From: an uncultured virus (IMG/VR IMGVR_UViG_3300003320_000087)
Lineage: Duplodnaviria > Heunggongvirae > Uroviricota > Caudoviricetes
Strand: one strand, 5' to 3'
Length of the DNA: 64,000 nucleotides
Virus record (IMG/VR): IMGVR_UViG_3300003320_000087
Span: 62,001 to 126,000 of that record
A program made the position numbers and the translations under genes. The notes under the pieces were generated by a model. The model was given only the letters and a program-made list of their open reading frames with translations. It searched no databases and had not been told where the DNA came from. Within the stretch, counting starts at the first letter, position 1; each line of letters opens with the position of its first letter. This document shows positions 1 through 9,328 of the stretch, piece by piece.

Positions 1-102
1 CAATCGGGTGAATCTCGATTTGTATTTTGTGGGGGTTGTTGGTAAGAAGAAGGACGCCCGTGTAAACAATGTACTCAAGGCATTGAAGGCAGTTGACTGG
101 CA

Positions 103-861
103 GTGAAAGTAGACTGCTTCACATTCTTTAATGAACTGGATGTTTTGAAGATTCGTCTTGAAGAATTGTATGAAGTGGTTGACAGGTTTGTCCTCGTTGA
201 GTCAAATAAGACTTTCCGAGGACAGCCGAAGCCATATTACTTTTCTGAAAATAGAGAATTGTTTGACAAGTATCTTGATAAAATTGATGTAATTAGTTTG
301 ATAGATGATAACACATTTTCGTCGGATTACAGATTCGAATCCTGGGAGCGTGAGTATTGGCAGAGGAATCAAATTATGCAGGGAATTTCAGAATGCAATG
401 ATGAAGATATCATTATAATTTCTGATGTTGATGAAATTCCTCGGCGTGCAGTTATTTCAGAATTGAATTTTGAAGATATAGTATCAATTGAATTGACTGG
501 ATTCTCCTATTCAATCAATATGCATGATAATGGTTTTTATACAATTAAAGCTGTAAAGAAGGGTTATATTTCAACTCCTCAGGTTATCAGGACAACGCCG
601 CCCAAGGAAATTATTCGCGGGGGTGGCTGGCATTTCTCATCGCTTGGGGATGAACATCATATCTCGCATAAGCTCAGTTCATTTGCTCATTGGGAACTTG
701 ATGTTCCTGAAGTAAATAATCCAGAACTTATTAGAAGAAGAATGCTTTCTGGTCAAGATATGCTGGGTGATGGTCATCAATATACAAGACTAAACATCGA
801 TGATTCTTGGCCAGAAGAAATTAAAAACAATAGAGAGTATTGGAGAAAATACGAACTGTGA
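103..861 (+). CDS. Glycosyltransferase, GT17 (GlcNAc-transferase III-like)
   Basis: FFNELD..IRLEEL..VVDRFVLVES..TF.G..KP N-terminus, IISDVDEIP DxD motif, GWHFS motif. Confidence 0.8.
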   Translation: MKVDCFTFFNELDVLKIRLEELYEVVDRFVLVESNKTFRGQPKPYYFSENRELFDKYLDKIDVISLIDDNTFSSDYRFESWEREYWQRNQIMQGISECNDEDIIIISDVDEIPRRAVISELNFEDIVSIELTGFSYSINMHDNGFYTIKAVKKGYISTPQVIRTTPPKEIIRGGGWHFSSLGDEHHISHKLSSFAHWELDVPEVNNPELIRRRMLSGQDMLGDGHQYTRLNIDDSWPEEIKNNREYWRKYEL

Positions 862-1490
862 TTTCGTTTATTGTACCGGTGATGAAGAATTTCCAGGGGT
901 TTGCGGAACTAATGGAAAGTGTCGATGAAGAGGTTAGGCCAATCGTTATTCCGAACTGGGTAGAAAACCTTGGCGTGTCAAGGGGGTGGAATGACGGTCT
1001 ACGTCTAGCTATTGACATGAAGTCTGAGTATGCTGTAGTGTCAAATGATGATGTCGTTTTGAAGCCGGGCACTCTTCACAAGATGGTCATGGGATTGAAT
1101 GATTTTGACCTTGTGTCAGGATTTAATTCATCTGATGGTGAAACTTATGAGGGATATGATGAACATCCCGACTTTAGCTGTTTTGCCGTAAGGCCACGGG
1201 AATTTGTTGAGAAGTTTGGGTGGTTCGATGAGAATTTTTCACCTGCGTACTTTGAAGATAACGATATGGCACGTCGCATTCTCGTAGCAGGGGGCACCTA
1301 TCGTAGAGACTTGAGTGCTGGTATGCTTCATAGAGGTTCTGTCACACAGAACATGGATGGGCCTGTTGTGTCATCACCTATGTTTGAGCGTAATCGTGAG
1401 TATTACGTAAAAAAGTGGGGTGGCTGGCCTGGTGCAGAAAGATTTACATCCCCATTTAATGATGAATCAAAGACAATCAAGGATTGGTAA
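858..1490 (+). CDS. Glycosyltransferase, GT2-like
   Basis: NLGVSRGWNDG, VSNDDV, GWFDENFSPAYFEDND motifs; probable GTG start overlapping the upstream stop. Confidence 0.8.
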   Translation: MISFIVPVMKNFQGFAELMESVDEEVRPIVIPNWVENLGVSRGWNDGLRLAIDMKSEYAVVSNDDVVLKPGTLHKMVMGLNDFDLVSGFNSSDGETYEGYDEHPDFSCFAVRPREFVEKFGWFDENFSPAYFEDNDMARRILVAGGTYRRDLSAGMLHRGSVTQNMDGPVVSSPMFERNREYYVKKWGGWPGAERFTSPFNDESKTIKDW

Positions 1491-1491
1491 A

Positions 1492-1983
1492 ATGAAAGAT
1501 TTTGTATTTGTTGACTGCGAGACTACGGGTTTGGACCCTAAGAAGGATAAGCTGGTAGAAGTCACTTATGCTGTAAATGAGCAGGACCCTGTTACACTCT
1601 TCTTTGGTGTGAAGAGGGTCCCTGCATTTATTGATGACCTGACGAAGTTTTCTGAGCGGCGGGTTTACGATGAGCCTGAGGCAACAGAGCTTCAGAAGTT
1701 TGAATTTAAGAAGGCTCTAGAGAATCAGACTATGGTTGCTGGTAATGCCAAGTTTGATTACGGCTTCCTTGAGGAGAACGGTCTATGGACTGGACACTAC
1801 AGGTCGCTTGAGGTACAATCTTACGCAATGGCAAAGTTGGACCTTGACTTTGTTCCGAGCATGAATGAGATTTATAACTTGCTGACGGAACGTGGCTTCA
1901 AGTTTACTGAGCCTGACCACTCTTCCCGAAATGACGTCCTCTTTATGCGAGAGGCTTTCAATGTATTGAGGTATCAGATTTAA
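1492..1983 (+). CDS. DnaQ-like DEDDh 3'-5' exonuclease
   Basis: VFVDCETTGLD, NAKFD, H...DV motifs. Confidence 0.8.
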   Translation: MKDFVFVDCETTGLDPKKDKLVEVTYAVNEQDPVTLFFGVKRVPAFIDDLTKFSERRVYDEPEATELQKFEFKKALENQTMVAGNAKFDYGFLEENGLWTGHYRSLEVQSYAMAKLDLDFVPSMNEIYNLLTERGFKFTEPDHSSRNDVLFMREAFNVLRYQI

Positions 1984-2534
1984 TGATTATCGGCTTGGCA
2001 GGGTATGCCAGGAGCGGTAAGGATTCGGCGGCCGATGCTCTAGAGAGCATCGGCTTTCGTCGTATTGCCTTCGCTGACAAGTTGCGTGAATTCATGTATG
2101 AAATGAATCCAAAGATTAGTTCGAATCTAGGAACGTATGTAGATTTGCGGGATATCATTGATAATCGTGGATGGGATGGATATAAGGAAACCGTTTGGGC
2201 ACAGGATATTCGTAGGTGGATGCAGGTTGTTGGAACGAATTGTGTTCGTCGCGTTCTTGGAAATGATATTTGGGCTAATGCTACATTTGACTCAATGTAT
2301 ATGGATAAGAATTATGTTATAACTGATGTCAGATTCGTTAATGAGGCTGATGGCATTAGAAATCGTGGCGGCAAGGTGTTTCGTATTGTCAGAAATGGAG
2401 TGGGTCCGGCAAATAATCATGTTTCTGAGACTGCTCTAGATGACTACAGTTATGATGGGTTTATTCACAACGATGGAACTTTGGAAGAGTTTCACGACAG
2501 TGTAAGGAGAAGGATTCTTGAGAGTAGGAATTGA
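1983..2534 (+). CDS. Deoxynucleoside monophosphate kinase
   Basis: IIGLAGYARSGKD P-loop, AFADKL, VITDVRFVNE, HVSE motifs. Confidence 0.85.
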   Translation: MIIGLAGYARSGKDSAADALESIGFRRIAFADKLREFMYEMNPKISSNLGTYVDLRDIIDNRGWDGYKETVWAQDIRRWMQVVGTNCVRRVLGNDIWANATFDSMYMDKNYVITDVRFVNEADGIRNRGGKVFRIVRNGVGPANNHVSETALDDYSYDGFIHNDGTLEEFHDSVRRRILESRN

Positions 2535-3087
2535 CCTAGATGGCGTCTGCTATGATTTCGCAGAGTCTCTACGGTCTTATTTGCGCGCGGCGGATTTGTA
2601 CAATAATTACAGTATTTATGAAGGAGAGGTAGACAAGTGGCATTTCTACCTTGACTGGGGAATGACTGCTGAGGAGTTTGTTCAGCATTGTCATAAGGGT
2701 GCTGACCTACAGTGGATTTTTGGTTGGGGTGGTCCAAGAGATAATGCTCCTGATGCCATTAATTTTATGAAGAGTCTTGGCCATACAGTTCATATTGTAA
2801 CTGACAGGTCATTTGGTTCTCAGCCTTCAGTTTCAGAACGCAACACTGAAATGTGGTTGGAGCGCCACGGTATTGAGTATGATACACTTACGTTCTCGGC
2901 AGATAAGACATCTGTTCCAACTGACTTGTTTGTTGAAGATAAGTTGGAGAATTATGATGCTCTTGACTCTTCTGGAGTGGAAGTGTATCTTGTTGAGCGT
3001 CCTTGGAATCAGGATGCAGGTGACGCACGTAGGCGAATTAAGAGCATTCAGGAATTCGCTACAATTGTGGGTTACAAGCCCGTTTGA
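2518..3087 (+). CDS. 5'(3')-deoxyribonucleotidase, HAD family
   Basis: IDLDGVCYDF HAD motif I, VTDR, FVEDK. Confidence 0.75.
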   Translation: MRVGIDLDGVCYDFAESLRSYLRAADLYNNYSIYEGEVDKWHFYLDWGMTAEEFVQHCHKGADLQWIFGWGGPRDNAPDAINFMKSLGHTVHIVTDRSFGSQPSVSERNTEMWLERHGIEYDTLTFSADKTSVPTDLFVEDKLENYDALDSSGVEVYLVERPWNQDAGDARRRIKSIQEFATIVGYKPV

Positions 3088-3130
3088 CGTTTTTGGTCAA
3101 CCAGGATATAATTGATATAGAAAGGTAAAA

Positions 3131-3304
3131 ATGCCACTTTATACATACACCTGTCTTCCATGTGATGAAGATACTGAGAGAAATGTGAAGATTGCTGATA
3201 GGGATAATCAGCGTTGCAATAAGTGCGGCAATAGGCTTCATAGGCCAATTGATTTTCGCGGCGGGGTTTACGCTCCAACATCAGGTAAGGGGCTTGCTGT
3301 ATAA
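3131..3304 (+). CDS. FmdB-like zinc-ribbon protein (57 aa, not in ORF track)
   Basis: MPLYTYTCLPC...RCNKCG; AAGG SD-like site upstream. Confidence 0.65.
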   Translation: MPLYTYTCLPCDEDTERNVKIADRDNQRCNKCGNRLHRPIDFRGGVYAPTSGKGLAV

Positions 3305-3609
3305 TGGCACCTAGAGGAAAAGCAACTGCCAATCCAGATTCTTGGTGGCAGAGTGCATATCAGAATCATCCAGACATTGAGGCTGCATTTGAATATGAGC
3401 ACAATGGAGATGTGATGGTTCCTGGTACGAAATTCAAGGTAAAATACAATAGAGGTGAATTTAAGTTCCGCTGCGTTGCTACCAATACTCGAACAGGCAA
3501 GGTTTGGATTGATGCTATTGAGGTTGGTTCTGCTTTTAGGTCATTCTACCCGGAAATGATTAAGGGTATTGTGAAGCCTAAGCGGCGCAGACGTACTGTA
3601 AGGAAATGA
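3304..3609 (+). CDS. Hypothetical protein, possibly SH3-like
   Basis: ORF translationally coupled to its neighbours. Confidence 0.6.
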   Translation: MAPRGKATANPDSWWQSAYQNHPDIEAAFEYEHNGDVMVPGTKFKVKYNRGEFKFRCVATNTRTGKVWIDAIEVGSAFRSFYPEMIKGIVKPKRRRRTVRK

Positions 3610-3824
3610 GACGTTTTAATCTCGTTCGCAACGAAGATGAGTCCGGTGTCTCTGGCACCGGAATCGTTGCACAGGGTATCCAGTTTGATGATGGAACATG
3701 TGCAATGAGATGGCTTACTGCTAAGGCAAGTACTGCCGTATATGACAACATTATTGACCTTGAAGCAATTCATGGTCATGGTGGTAAGACTGTAATTGAC
3801 TGGATTGACATTGTAAATGGCTAA
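3606..3824 (+). CDS. Hypothetical protein (actinophage-type)
   Basis: ATGA overlap; F.LVR.EDESGVSGTG.VA.G..F.DG motif. Confidence 0.6.
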   Translation: MRRFNLVRNEDESGVSGTGIVAQGIQFDDGTCAMRWLTAKASTAVYDNIIDLEAIHGHGGKTVIDWIDIVNG

Positions 3825-4344
3825 AGAAATCGAATTGCTCGACAGATATGAGCAGATTAACCAGGTTGCCCAGATGTATATCAAGGGTATGACTAACCCA
3901 ACTACTATTTCCAAGGAGTTGGGCATCAAGCGTGCTGAGGCAATTGCGCTGATTGAAGAGTGGCGTGAAATTGCGCGGGGTAATGATGATATTAAGGCGC
4001 AGGCAGCAGAAGCCTTGCAGCAGGGTATTCAGCATTACACTATGATTACAGAGCGCTTCTGGGAAACTGTTGAGCAAGCCGATACTAACCAAGATTACAA
4101 GACGAAGAATGCAGTTCTAAAAAACATTGCTGATGTTGAGGCTAAGAAGATTGATATGCTTCAAAAGGCCGGGCTTTATGACGATGCCGCCATTGGTGAT
4201 GAACTAGCAGAAATGGAAGAAAAGCAGGCCATTCTTATCAATATCCTTAAGGAAGTTACCAGCAATTGTGACCACTGCAAGCTAGAGGTTGCGAGGCGTT
4301 TGTCCAAGGTAACTGGGAAGGCTGAGCCTGTAAATGTCGTTTGA
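3817..4344 (+). CDS. Probable terminase small subunit (HTH protein)
   Basis: N-terminal HTH-like segment, helical, overlaps the large terminase start. Confidence 0.55.
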   Translation: MAKEIELLDRYEQINQVAQMYIKGMTNPTTISKELGIKRAEAIALIEEWREIARGNDDIKAQAAEALQQGIQHYTMITERFWETVEQADTNQDYKTKNAVLKNIADVEAKKIDMLQKAGLYDDAAIGDELAEMEEKQAILINILKEVTSNCDHCKLEVARRLSKVTGKAEPVNVV

Positions 4345-6160
4345 TTTTAATGACCTTATGAATCTCCTTGATGGAGAGGATTTTGAAGAAAGGCCCGTAA
4401 GTATTGAAGAGTTTGTGCAGTCTGAGGATTACCTTGGACTGCCACCTCTTTCTCAAAATCAATACAAGCTTATCAGAGCAAGTAGCCAAATCTATAAGAA
4501 GAGTACCCTCGTCGCTTTGTATGGCGATTTGGAGGCGGAAAAAAGATTTGCCGAAACAATGAATGAGGTTATCTTCCAGCTCGGAAAGGGTTCTGGAAAG
4601 GGATATACCTCTTCTATCGCATGTGCGTATATTGTTTATTTGCTGCTCTGTCTAAAGGACCCGGCCCGATACTACGGAAAGCCACCGGGTGACCATATTG
4701 CAATTCTAAATATTGCTATCAATGCTGCACAGGCAAATAACGTCTTCTTCAAGTACTTCAAGCAGCGTATTACCACGAGCCCGTGGTTTGCTGGTAAGTA
4801 CTCTGAAAAGGCTGGAGAATTCCAGTTTGACAAGAACGTGTTTGTGTATTCCGGTCACTCTGAGCGCGAGGCTTGGGAGGGATATAACGTTATCTTCGTT
4901 ATCCTTGATGAGATTTCTGGTTTTGCATTGGAGTCTACATCAGGTAATGAACAGGCAAAGACTGCTACTGCTGTTTATAAGATGTACAAGCAGTCTGTTG
5001 TATCTCGATTCCCTGAATTCGGCAAGGTTGTTCTTCTGTCATTCCCTCGTTTTAAGAATGACTTTATCCAGCAGCGCTATGAGGAAGTAATTGCGGAGAA
5101 GCAGGTAAATATCCGCAAGCATACATTCAAGGTTGACCCTCATCTTCCTGACGGAACAGAGGGCAATGAATTCGATATTGAGTGGGAAGAAGACCACATT
5201 ATCTCTTATCGAATTCCAAAAATCTTTGCACTCAAGCGTCCGACATGGGAAATCAATCCACTAGTAACTCTTGACAGTCTTATGGCTGCTTTCTATGATG
5301 ACCCAACTGACTCACTGTCAAGGTTTGCATGCATGCCACCGGACGCCATTGATGCGTTCTTCAAGGACCGGTCCAAGATTGAGAAGGCTTTTTCTGCACA
5401 GTCCACGCTAAATGACGACTACAGTTTCCGCACGGACTTTATTCCGAACCCGCAGAAAAATTACTACGTCCATGTAGACCTAGCTCGTGTACACGACCAT
5501 GCGGCGGTTGCCATGGCTCACGTAGAAAAGTGGGAGCAGCGCAACATTGGTGGCAAGTTGACAGAACCAGCACCGGTCATTATTTTGGACCAGGTGAGGT
5601 ATTGGACTCCGTCCAAGACGAAGAACGTAGACTTTACTGAGATTCGTGAATATATCCTGAGCCTCAAGAGGCGCGGGTTTAATATTCGTCTCGTTACATT
5701 TGACCGCTGGGAGTCTCACGACACCATGGAGTACCTACGTGAACGTGGCTTGAGGTCTGAACGATTGTCTGTGGCAAAGAAGCATTATGAAGATTTTGCT
5801 ATGGTTGTTGCTGAAGAGCGTCTTGTGGGTCCTAATAAAGTTATTGGTACAAAGGAAAAGGACCTGCATATTAATGAACTTCTACAGCTAAGAATCATGA
5901 AGAATGATAAGGTTGACCACCCAAGAAAGGGTTCTAAGGACTTGGCGGATGCTATGTGTGGTGCTATTTACAATGCCATTGCACATTCATCACGAAATGA
6001 TAACGAAGGTATCGAGATTAAGACTCTAGAGTCTGTGCGTAGAGAAGTTCAGCGGAACAGAATTGAAGAGTACAATCAGAATGATGGAGTAATTAGAGCA
6101 CCAAAGCGGCCGATGCCTAAGGAATTGGAAGAATATCTTGCCAGAATCTCTACCATCTGA
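4334..6160 (+). CDS. terL: Terminase large subunit
   Basis: Walker A LGKGSGKG, Walker B VILDE, nuclease YVHVDLA and C-terminal KDLADA. Confidence 0.9.
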   Translation: MSFDFNDLMNLLDGEDFEERPVSIEEFVQSEDYLGLPPLSQNQYKLIRASSQIYKKSTLVALYGDLEAEKRFAETMNEVIFQLGKGSGKGYTSSIACAYIVYLLLCLKDPARYYGKPPGDHIAILNIAINAAQANNVFFKYFKQRITTSPWFAGKYSEKAGEFQFDKNVFVYSGHSEREAWEGYNVIFVILDEISGFALESTSGNEQAKTATAVYKMYKQSVVSRFPEFGKVVLLSFPRFKNDFIQQRYEEVIAEKQVNIRKHTFKVDPHLPDGTEGNEFDIEWEEDHIISYRIPKIFALKRPTWEINPLVTLDSLMAAFYDDPTDSLSRFACMPPDAIDAFFKDRSKIEKAFSAQSTLNDDYSFRTDFIPNPQKNYYVHVDLARVHDHAAVAMAHVEKWEQRNIGGKLTEPAPVIILDQVRYWTPSKTKNVDFTEIREYILSLKRRGFNIRLVTFDRWESHDTMEYLRERGLRSERLSVAKKHYEDFAMVVAEERLVGPNKVIGTKEKDLHINELLQLRIMKNDKVDHPRKGSKDLADAMCGAIYNAIAHSSRNDNEGIEIKTLESVRREVQRNRIEEYNQNDGVIRAPKRPMPKELEEYLARISTI

Positions 6161-6464
6161 GGACTTGACACGGGGCGACAGCCCCGTTAGACTAGAAACA
6201 ATTAAAGAAACTAATACCAAAGAGATGAAGATTACCCTAGTAGATTCTAATGAAGTATGTGAATGTGTAGGAAAGCATATTCCTAAACCTAATAAACTGT
6301 ACCGAATTGATTATTCGGACGGGTATATTTTTGTGTGCCCTACAGCATATGGTAATCTAGTAGCTCTTGAAGAAGAGTATGCGAAATATGATGGGCTTCC
6401 GCCCGGTTCTGTACGTAAACACTTCTCTGAGTTCACACATGACCTTTATCGCCTCTTGACATGA
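6138..6464 (+). CDS. Hypothetical protein (true start may be 6225)
   Basis: ORF with CxC/H/C residues. Confidence 0.5.
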   Translation: MPESLPSEDLTRGDSPVRLETIKETNTKEMKITLVDSNEVCECVGKHIPKPNKLYRIDYSDGYIFVCPTAYGNLVALEEEYAKYDGLPPGSVRKHFSEFTHDLYRLLT

Positions 6465-6509
6465 TATATTCCCTGAGGTAAGCTTCTTAACATCGAACAA
6501 GGAGAAAAA

Positions 6510-6809
6510 ATGTCAACTGTTGAAGAGCGTTTCAACAAGGTTACACAAGAAATTGAATCCGTGGTTGCCACTCTAACTGTTCTTCGGGACATGGGGATTT
6601 ATGGCAGGCAGGAACAAGCGGCGGGTGTTATCTTGATTTCAACACTAGAACGTGCCATGATTGTCCTTGACCCGGAAAAGGCTCTTGAGTATACCCGTAA
6701 GGAGATTGAGAAGTCTGTGTCTGAACCACAGCCATCTTCTCCGATGGAGACCTTGATGAATGAGCTTCAGGGTAAGATTTCTCAAGGTGACACCGGGCTT
6801 TACATGTAG
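6510..6809 (+). CDS. Hypothetical protein
   Basis: AAGGAG SD; TTGACA-N17-TAAGCT promoter upstream. Confidence 0.6.
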   Translation: MSTVEERFNKVTQEIESVVATLTVLRDMGIYGRQEQAAGVILISTLERAMIVLDPEKALEYTRKEIEKSVSEPQPSSPMETLMNELQGKISQGDTGLYM

Positions 6810-6954
6810 TTGCACGACCTTGGTGATTGTGGTAGACTGAAATACAACGGAGCAGTTTTCATCCCGTTAAGTTTTGCTCCGTAGATACTAACCCTTGACA
6901 TTCTAGAACGTCGAGAGTAAAGTCTGAAACAACAAAAGAACTTGCCGTGGATAT

Positions 6955-7025
6955 GTGGGTATAGTGAAGTGGTATAACGGATGTTTTGGGAGCATCTGAC
7001 GTAGGTTCGATTCCTGCTACCCGCA
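6955..7025 (+). tRNA. tRNA-Pro(TGG)
   Basis: Acceptor GTGGGTA/TACCCGC, anticodon arm GATGT-TTTGGGA-GCATC, T loop TTCGATT. Confidence 0.85.
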
Positions 7026-7093
7026 CTGGGATGAATGAACATAGCTGGTGGATTCCAGTGAAAATCCCCCACCATTTTAGTGGTGTTCATTAT

Positions 7094-7167
7094 CCGGATA
7101 TGGCGCAGCTTGGTAGCGCATTCGCTTTGGGAGCGAAGGGTCGGGAGTTCAAATCTCTCTATCCGGA
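7094..7167 (+). tRNA. tRNA-Pro(TGG)
   Basis: CCGGATA/TATCCGG; TTCGC-TTTGGGA-GCGAA. Confidence 0.92.
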
Positions 7168-7206
7168 CACCTTTTGTAGTAAAATTGCCATGCAAAGGAA
7201 AGAGAA

Positions 7207-7725
7207 ATGAATGACATAATAACTCGTGAGGAACTAATCCTTGCGATTGAGGCTAGAGACGGTGTAAACTGTTTCTTGTGTAAGAAGCCGTTCTCAAAGA
7301 ATGAGAATGACGAAATGTTTGAGGTCACTATTGACCACTGGTACCCACAGTCTGTAGCATATGCGGCGGGTTGGACGTACGAAGAGGTAAATGACCTTTC
7401 AAACCTTCGAAAGGCTCACAGACCTTGTAACGCCCAAAAGGGTGACTTGATTCCAAATCCTGATGGTACGCTTCCTGAACGTCCAAAGAAGGACAGGTCA
7501 ATTAAGGTTCCTCGCCCTATGTCATGTGATACGTGCATGAATGGTAGGATTCTCCTTCTTGGTGAATTTTGCCCGGATTGTCACTCTGGACCACAACCAA
7601 GAGCGTTTCCTAAGACCTTGCAAAAGGCTCCAAAGGAATGCGACCATAGTAGTTATCACTGCTGGATGTGTGTAATTGGACATATTCCGAGACGTTCGGC
7701 AATAGAAGTAATAATTACTGGCTAG
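7207..7725 (+). CDS. HNH endonuclease with C-terminal Cys-rich region
   Basis: RDG.NCFLC, TIDH..P, NLRKAHRPCNAQKG. Confidence 0.8.
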   Translation: MNDIITREELILAIEARDGVNCFLCKKPFSKNENDEMFEVTIDHWYPQSVAYAAGWTYEEVNDLSNLRKAHRPCNAQKGDLIPNPDGTLPERPKKDRSIKVPRPMSCDTCMNGRILLLGEFCPDCHSGPQPRAFPKTLQKAPKECDHSSYHCWMCVIGHIPRRSAIEVIITG

Positions 7726-7828
7726 CTTGACATCCCAGTCTGCAAGCGGTAAGATAGTAACACGCCCATGGGGACCGGCGATAATGTCCCTTCCAGTTTG
7801 AAGGTTCTGGGCAACAAAAACCCCTTAT

Positions 7829-7899
7829 TACTCCATCGTCTAATGGCAAGACATCGGTTTCTGGTGCCGAGAATTGAGGTTCGAGTCCTTGTGGAGTAG
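7829..7899 (+). tRNA. tRNA-Gln(CTG)
   Basis: TACTCCA/TGGAGTA; TCGGT-TTCTGGT-GCCGA. Confidence 0.9.
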
Positions 7900-7916
7900 C
7901 GCATATGCATTAAATT

Positions 7917-7992
7917 GGCGGGGTTGTGCCTAAGCTAAGGGGCTGGCGTGTGACTCCAGAGATGTAGGTATCGAATCCTACACCCCGCCCCA
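7917..7992 (+). tRNA. tRNA-His(GTG), atypical
   Basis: G-1 plus GCGGGGT/ACCCCGC, C73, encoded CCA; 8-nt T loop TATCGAAT, weak D arm. Confidence 0.65.
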
Positions 7993-8047
7993 AGCTAACT
8001 GGGTTAAGGACATATCCATTGGTGAGAATCCATAAAAACTGTCCCCT

Positions 8048-8120
8048 GCCTGCGTAGTGTAAGGGTTAGCACAAGAGCTTCCAAACCTCTTAAGATTGGG
8101 TTCGAGTCCTAACGCAGGTG
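8048..8120 (+). tRNA. tRNA-Trp(CCA)
   Basis: GCCTGCG/CGCAGGT, G73; AGAGC-TTCCAAA-CCTCT with a C.C mismatch at 31:39. Confidence 0.75.
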
Positions 8121-8121
8121 C

Positions 8122-8150
8122 TTGACAGTAGTTGTTCGTAGTGATACGAT
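8122..8150 (+). promoter_or_regulatory. Housekeeping-sigma-type promoter upstream of the Y RNA/tRNA cluster
   Basis: TTGACA-N17-TACGAT. Confidence 0.7.
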
Positions 8151-8162
8151 GTAACTACAAGC

Positions 8163-8280
8163 TTTCGGGTCGATAGAGATAGGGTTATCTACACTATTCA
8201 AATTGGTTGAAACCGGCAGTAAAATGCAGCCCTGCGGCGGGTTTGTAGCCGCATCTCCCTTCTCGCCTTTATATCCGAAA
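8163..8280 (+). ncRNA. Y-RNA-like ncRNA Y1
   Basis: TTTCGG-GTCGA...GTTATC...TATAT-CCGAAA terminal stem; internal hairpins GGTTGAAACC and TGCGGC/GCCGCA. Confidence 0.7.
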
Positions 8281-8304
8281 TGTTTTACTGCGCGAAAGCG
8301 CAAT

Positions 8305-8379
8305 TGGGGTGTAGCTCGGTCTGGTTAGAGCATTCCGCTGATAACGGAACGGTCGTGGGTTCAAATCCCACCTCCCCAA
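8305..8379 (+). tRNA. tRNA-Ile(GAT)
   Basis: TTCCG-CTGATAA-CGGAA; canonical D and T arms. Confidence 0.9.
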
Positions 8380-8385
8380 CGCAGA

Positions 8386-8486
8386 ACCGCGCCAAAGATG
8401 TTGGTTCGAGTCCAACTCAGGGAGCAGGGAGACTATATGCTAGTCTCATTCCGTGGTAGTGATAATTGGCAACACATTGGCGGGTC
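8386..8486 (+). ncRNA. Circularly permuted tRNA-like module without a Ro-binding stem
   Basis: GCCAA, T arm GTTGG-TTCGAGT-CCAAC, acceptor-like stem with hairpin, D arm TAGTG-ATAATTGGCAA-CAC, TTGGC. Confidence 0.6.
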
Positions 8487-8494
8487 TAAATTTC

Positions 8495-8626
8495 GTGGGT
8501 CGGCAGTAATTGTTTATCTTTCAAAACAGCGAGTATAGGTTCGAATCCTATCCTGGGCTTTCTTGTCCAGGTAGCTCAATGGGTAGAGCAGCAGTCCATA
8601 TTAACGATTACGACATATATATCCAC
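8495..8626 (+). ncRNA. YrlA-type Y RNA Y2
   Basis: GTGG-GTCGG..GTAATTGTT-TATC; T arm ATAGG-TTCGAAT-CCTAT precedes CCTGGGC/GTCCAGG and D arm TAGCTCAATGGGTAGAGC; ends AACGATTAC..TATAT-CCAC. Confidence 0.85.
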
Positions 8627-8722
8627 AAGCTTGGTACATTGATTGTATCAAAATATCAGATACCGAACATTTGATATTCTCTTGATGGAGACAAGGAATG
8701 CATAGAACCCTTGTCTCCAAGC

Positions 8723-8866
8723 TTACGGGTCGTCAGAATTCAGTTATCTTTGATGCCATAAATAATCAGAATCAGGTTCGACTCCTGATAATGGATGAGT
8801 GAGAGTGGTCTCAGCTAACTTGAGAAGTTAGTGAATCCAACTTCTGAATTCCCTTTATATCCGTAA
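8723..8866 (+). ncRNA. Y-RNA-like ncRNA Y3
   Basis: TTACGG-GTCG..GAATTCAG-TTATC; T arm ATCAGG-TTCGACT-CCTGAT; CTGAATTC..TATAT-CCGTAA. Confidence 0.75.
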
Positions 8867-8870
8867 ATAT

Positions 8871-8955
8871 GGAAGTGGTCCGGTTGGTCGAGGACATCGC
8901 CTTGAAAGCGACTGAGGTGTAAAAGCCTTCGGGGGTTCGATTCCCTTCGCTTCCG
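8871..8955 (+). tRNA. tRNA-Ser(TGA)
   Basis: GGAAGTG/CGCTTCC, CTTGAAA loop, long variable arm, G73. Confidence 0.88.
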
Positions 8956-8956
8956 C

Positions 8957-9154
8957 ATGGAAAACCTAACGATTCATACAGATGCTCCAAGTCCAACATC
9001 GTATCAACTGGCAATGCTTATTGCAATCCAGCACAAGCCGATGTATCTTGGTACAGTATCTAGAGCAGAAATTGACAGACGGCGGGCTGCAAACAAGAGG
9101 GCGCGTCTACAGCGCAGAGCAAATAGAAGGTTTGACACGACACGTCGTTCGTGA
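8957..9154 (+). CDS. Small Arg-rich hypothetical protein, starts 2 nt after tRNA-Ser
   Basis: ATG follows discriminator+C; Y.GTV..AEIDRRRAANKRAR motif. Confidence 0.6.
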   Translation: MENLTIHTDAPSPTSYQLAMLIAIQHKPMYLGTVSRAEIDRRRAANKRARLQRRANRRFDTTRRS

Positions 9155-9233
9155 TAAGGTTTTACAAGATGGTCGGCAAGCAGGTAAATGAGAGCTACAG
9201 GAGCTTGAACAACAACACTCTCTACCATCACAT

Positions 9234-9308
9234 GCCTCGTGGGACTGCTGGGATGGTCACTTCCCTGTCAAGGAAGACAACAGGCGGGTTCAATTCCCGT
9301 ACGGGGCG
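9234..9308 (+). tRNA. tRNA-Asp(GTC)
   Basis: GCCTCGT/ACGGGGC; CTTCC-CTGTCAA-GGAAG. Confidence 0.85.
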
Positions 9309-9328
9309 CTTTAATTTTAGGAGTTAAA

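Noticed and set aside
8048..8120. Alternative reading as tRNA-Gly(TCC)
   Set aside because: Arm spacing centres CCA in the 7-nt loop and G73 fits Trp
8540..8600. T-arm and D-arm sequences in Y2 (and Y5) as ordinary or split tRNA genes
   Set aside because: Arm order is T then D with no anticodon loop, which fits a YrlA-type permuted domain
9151..9231. Possible seventh Y RNA (GATGGTCGGCAAG...ACCATC)
   Set aside because: It has a GGTCGG and closing stems but lacks the TTATC and TATCC motifs; left as an unassigned structured spacer
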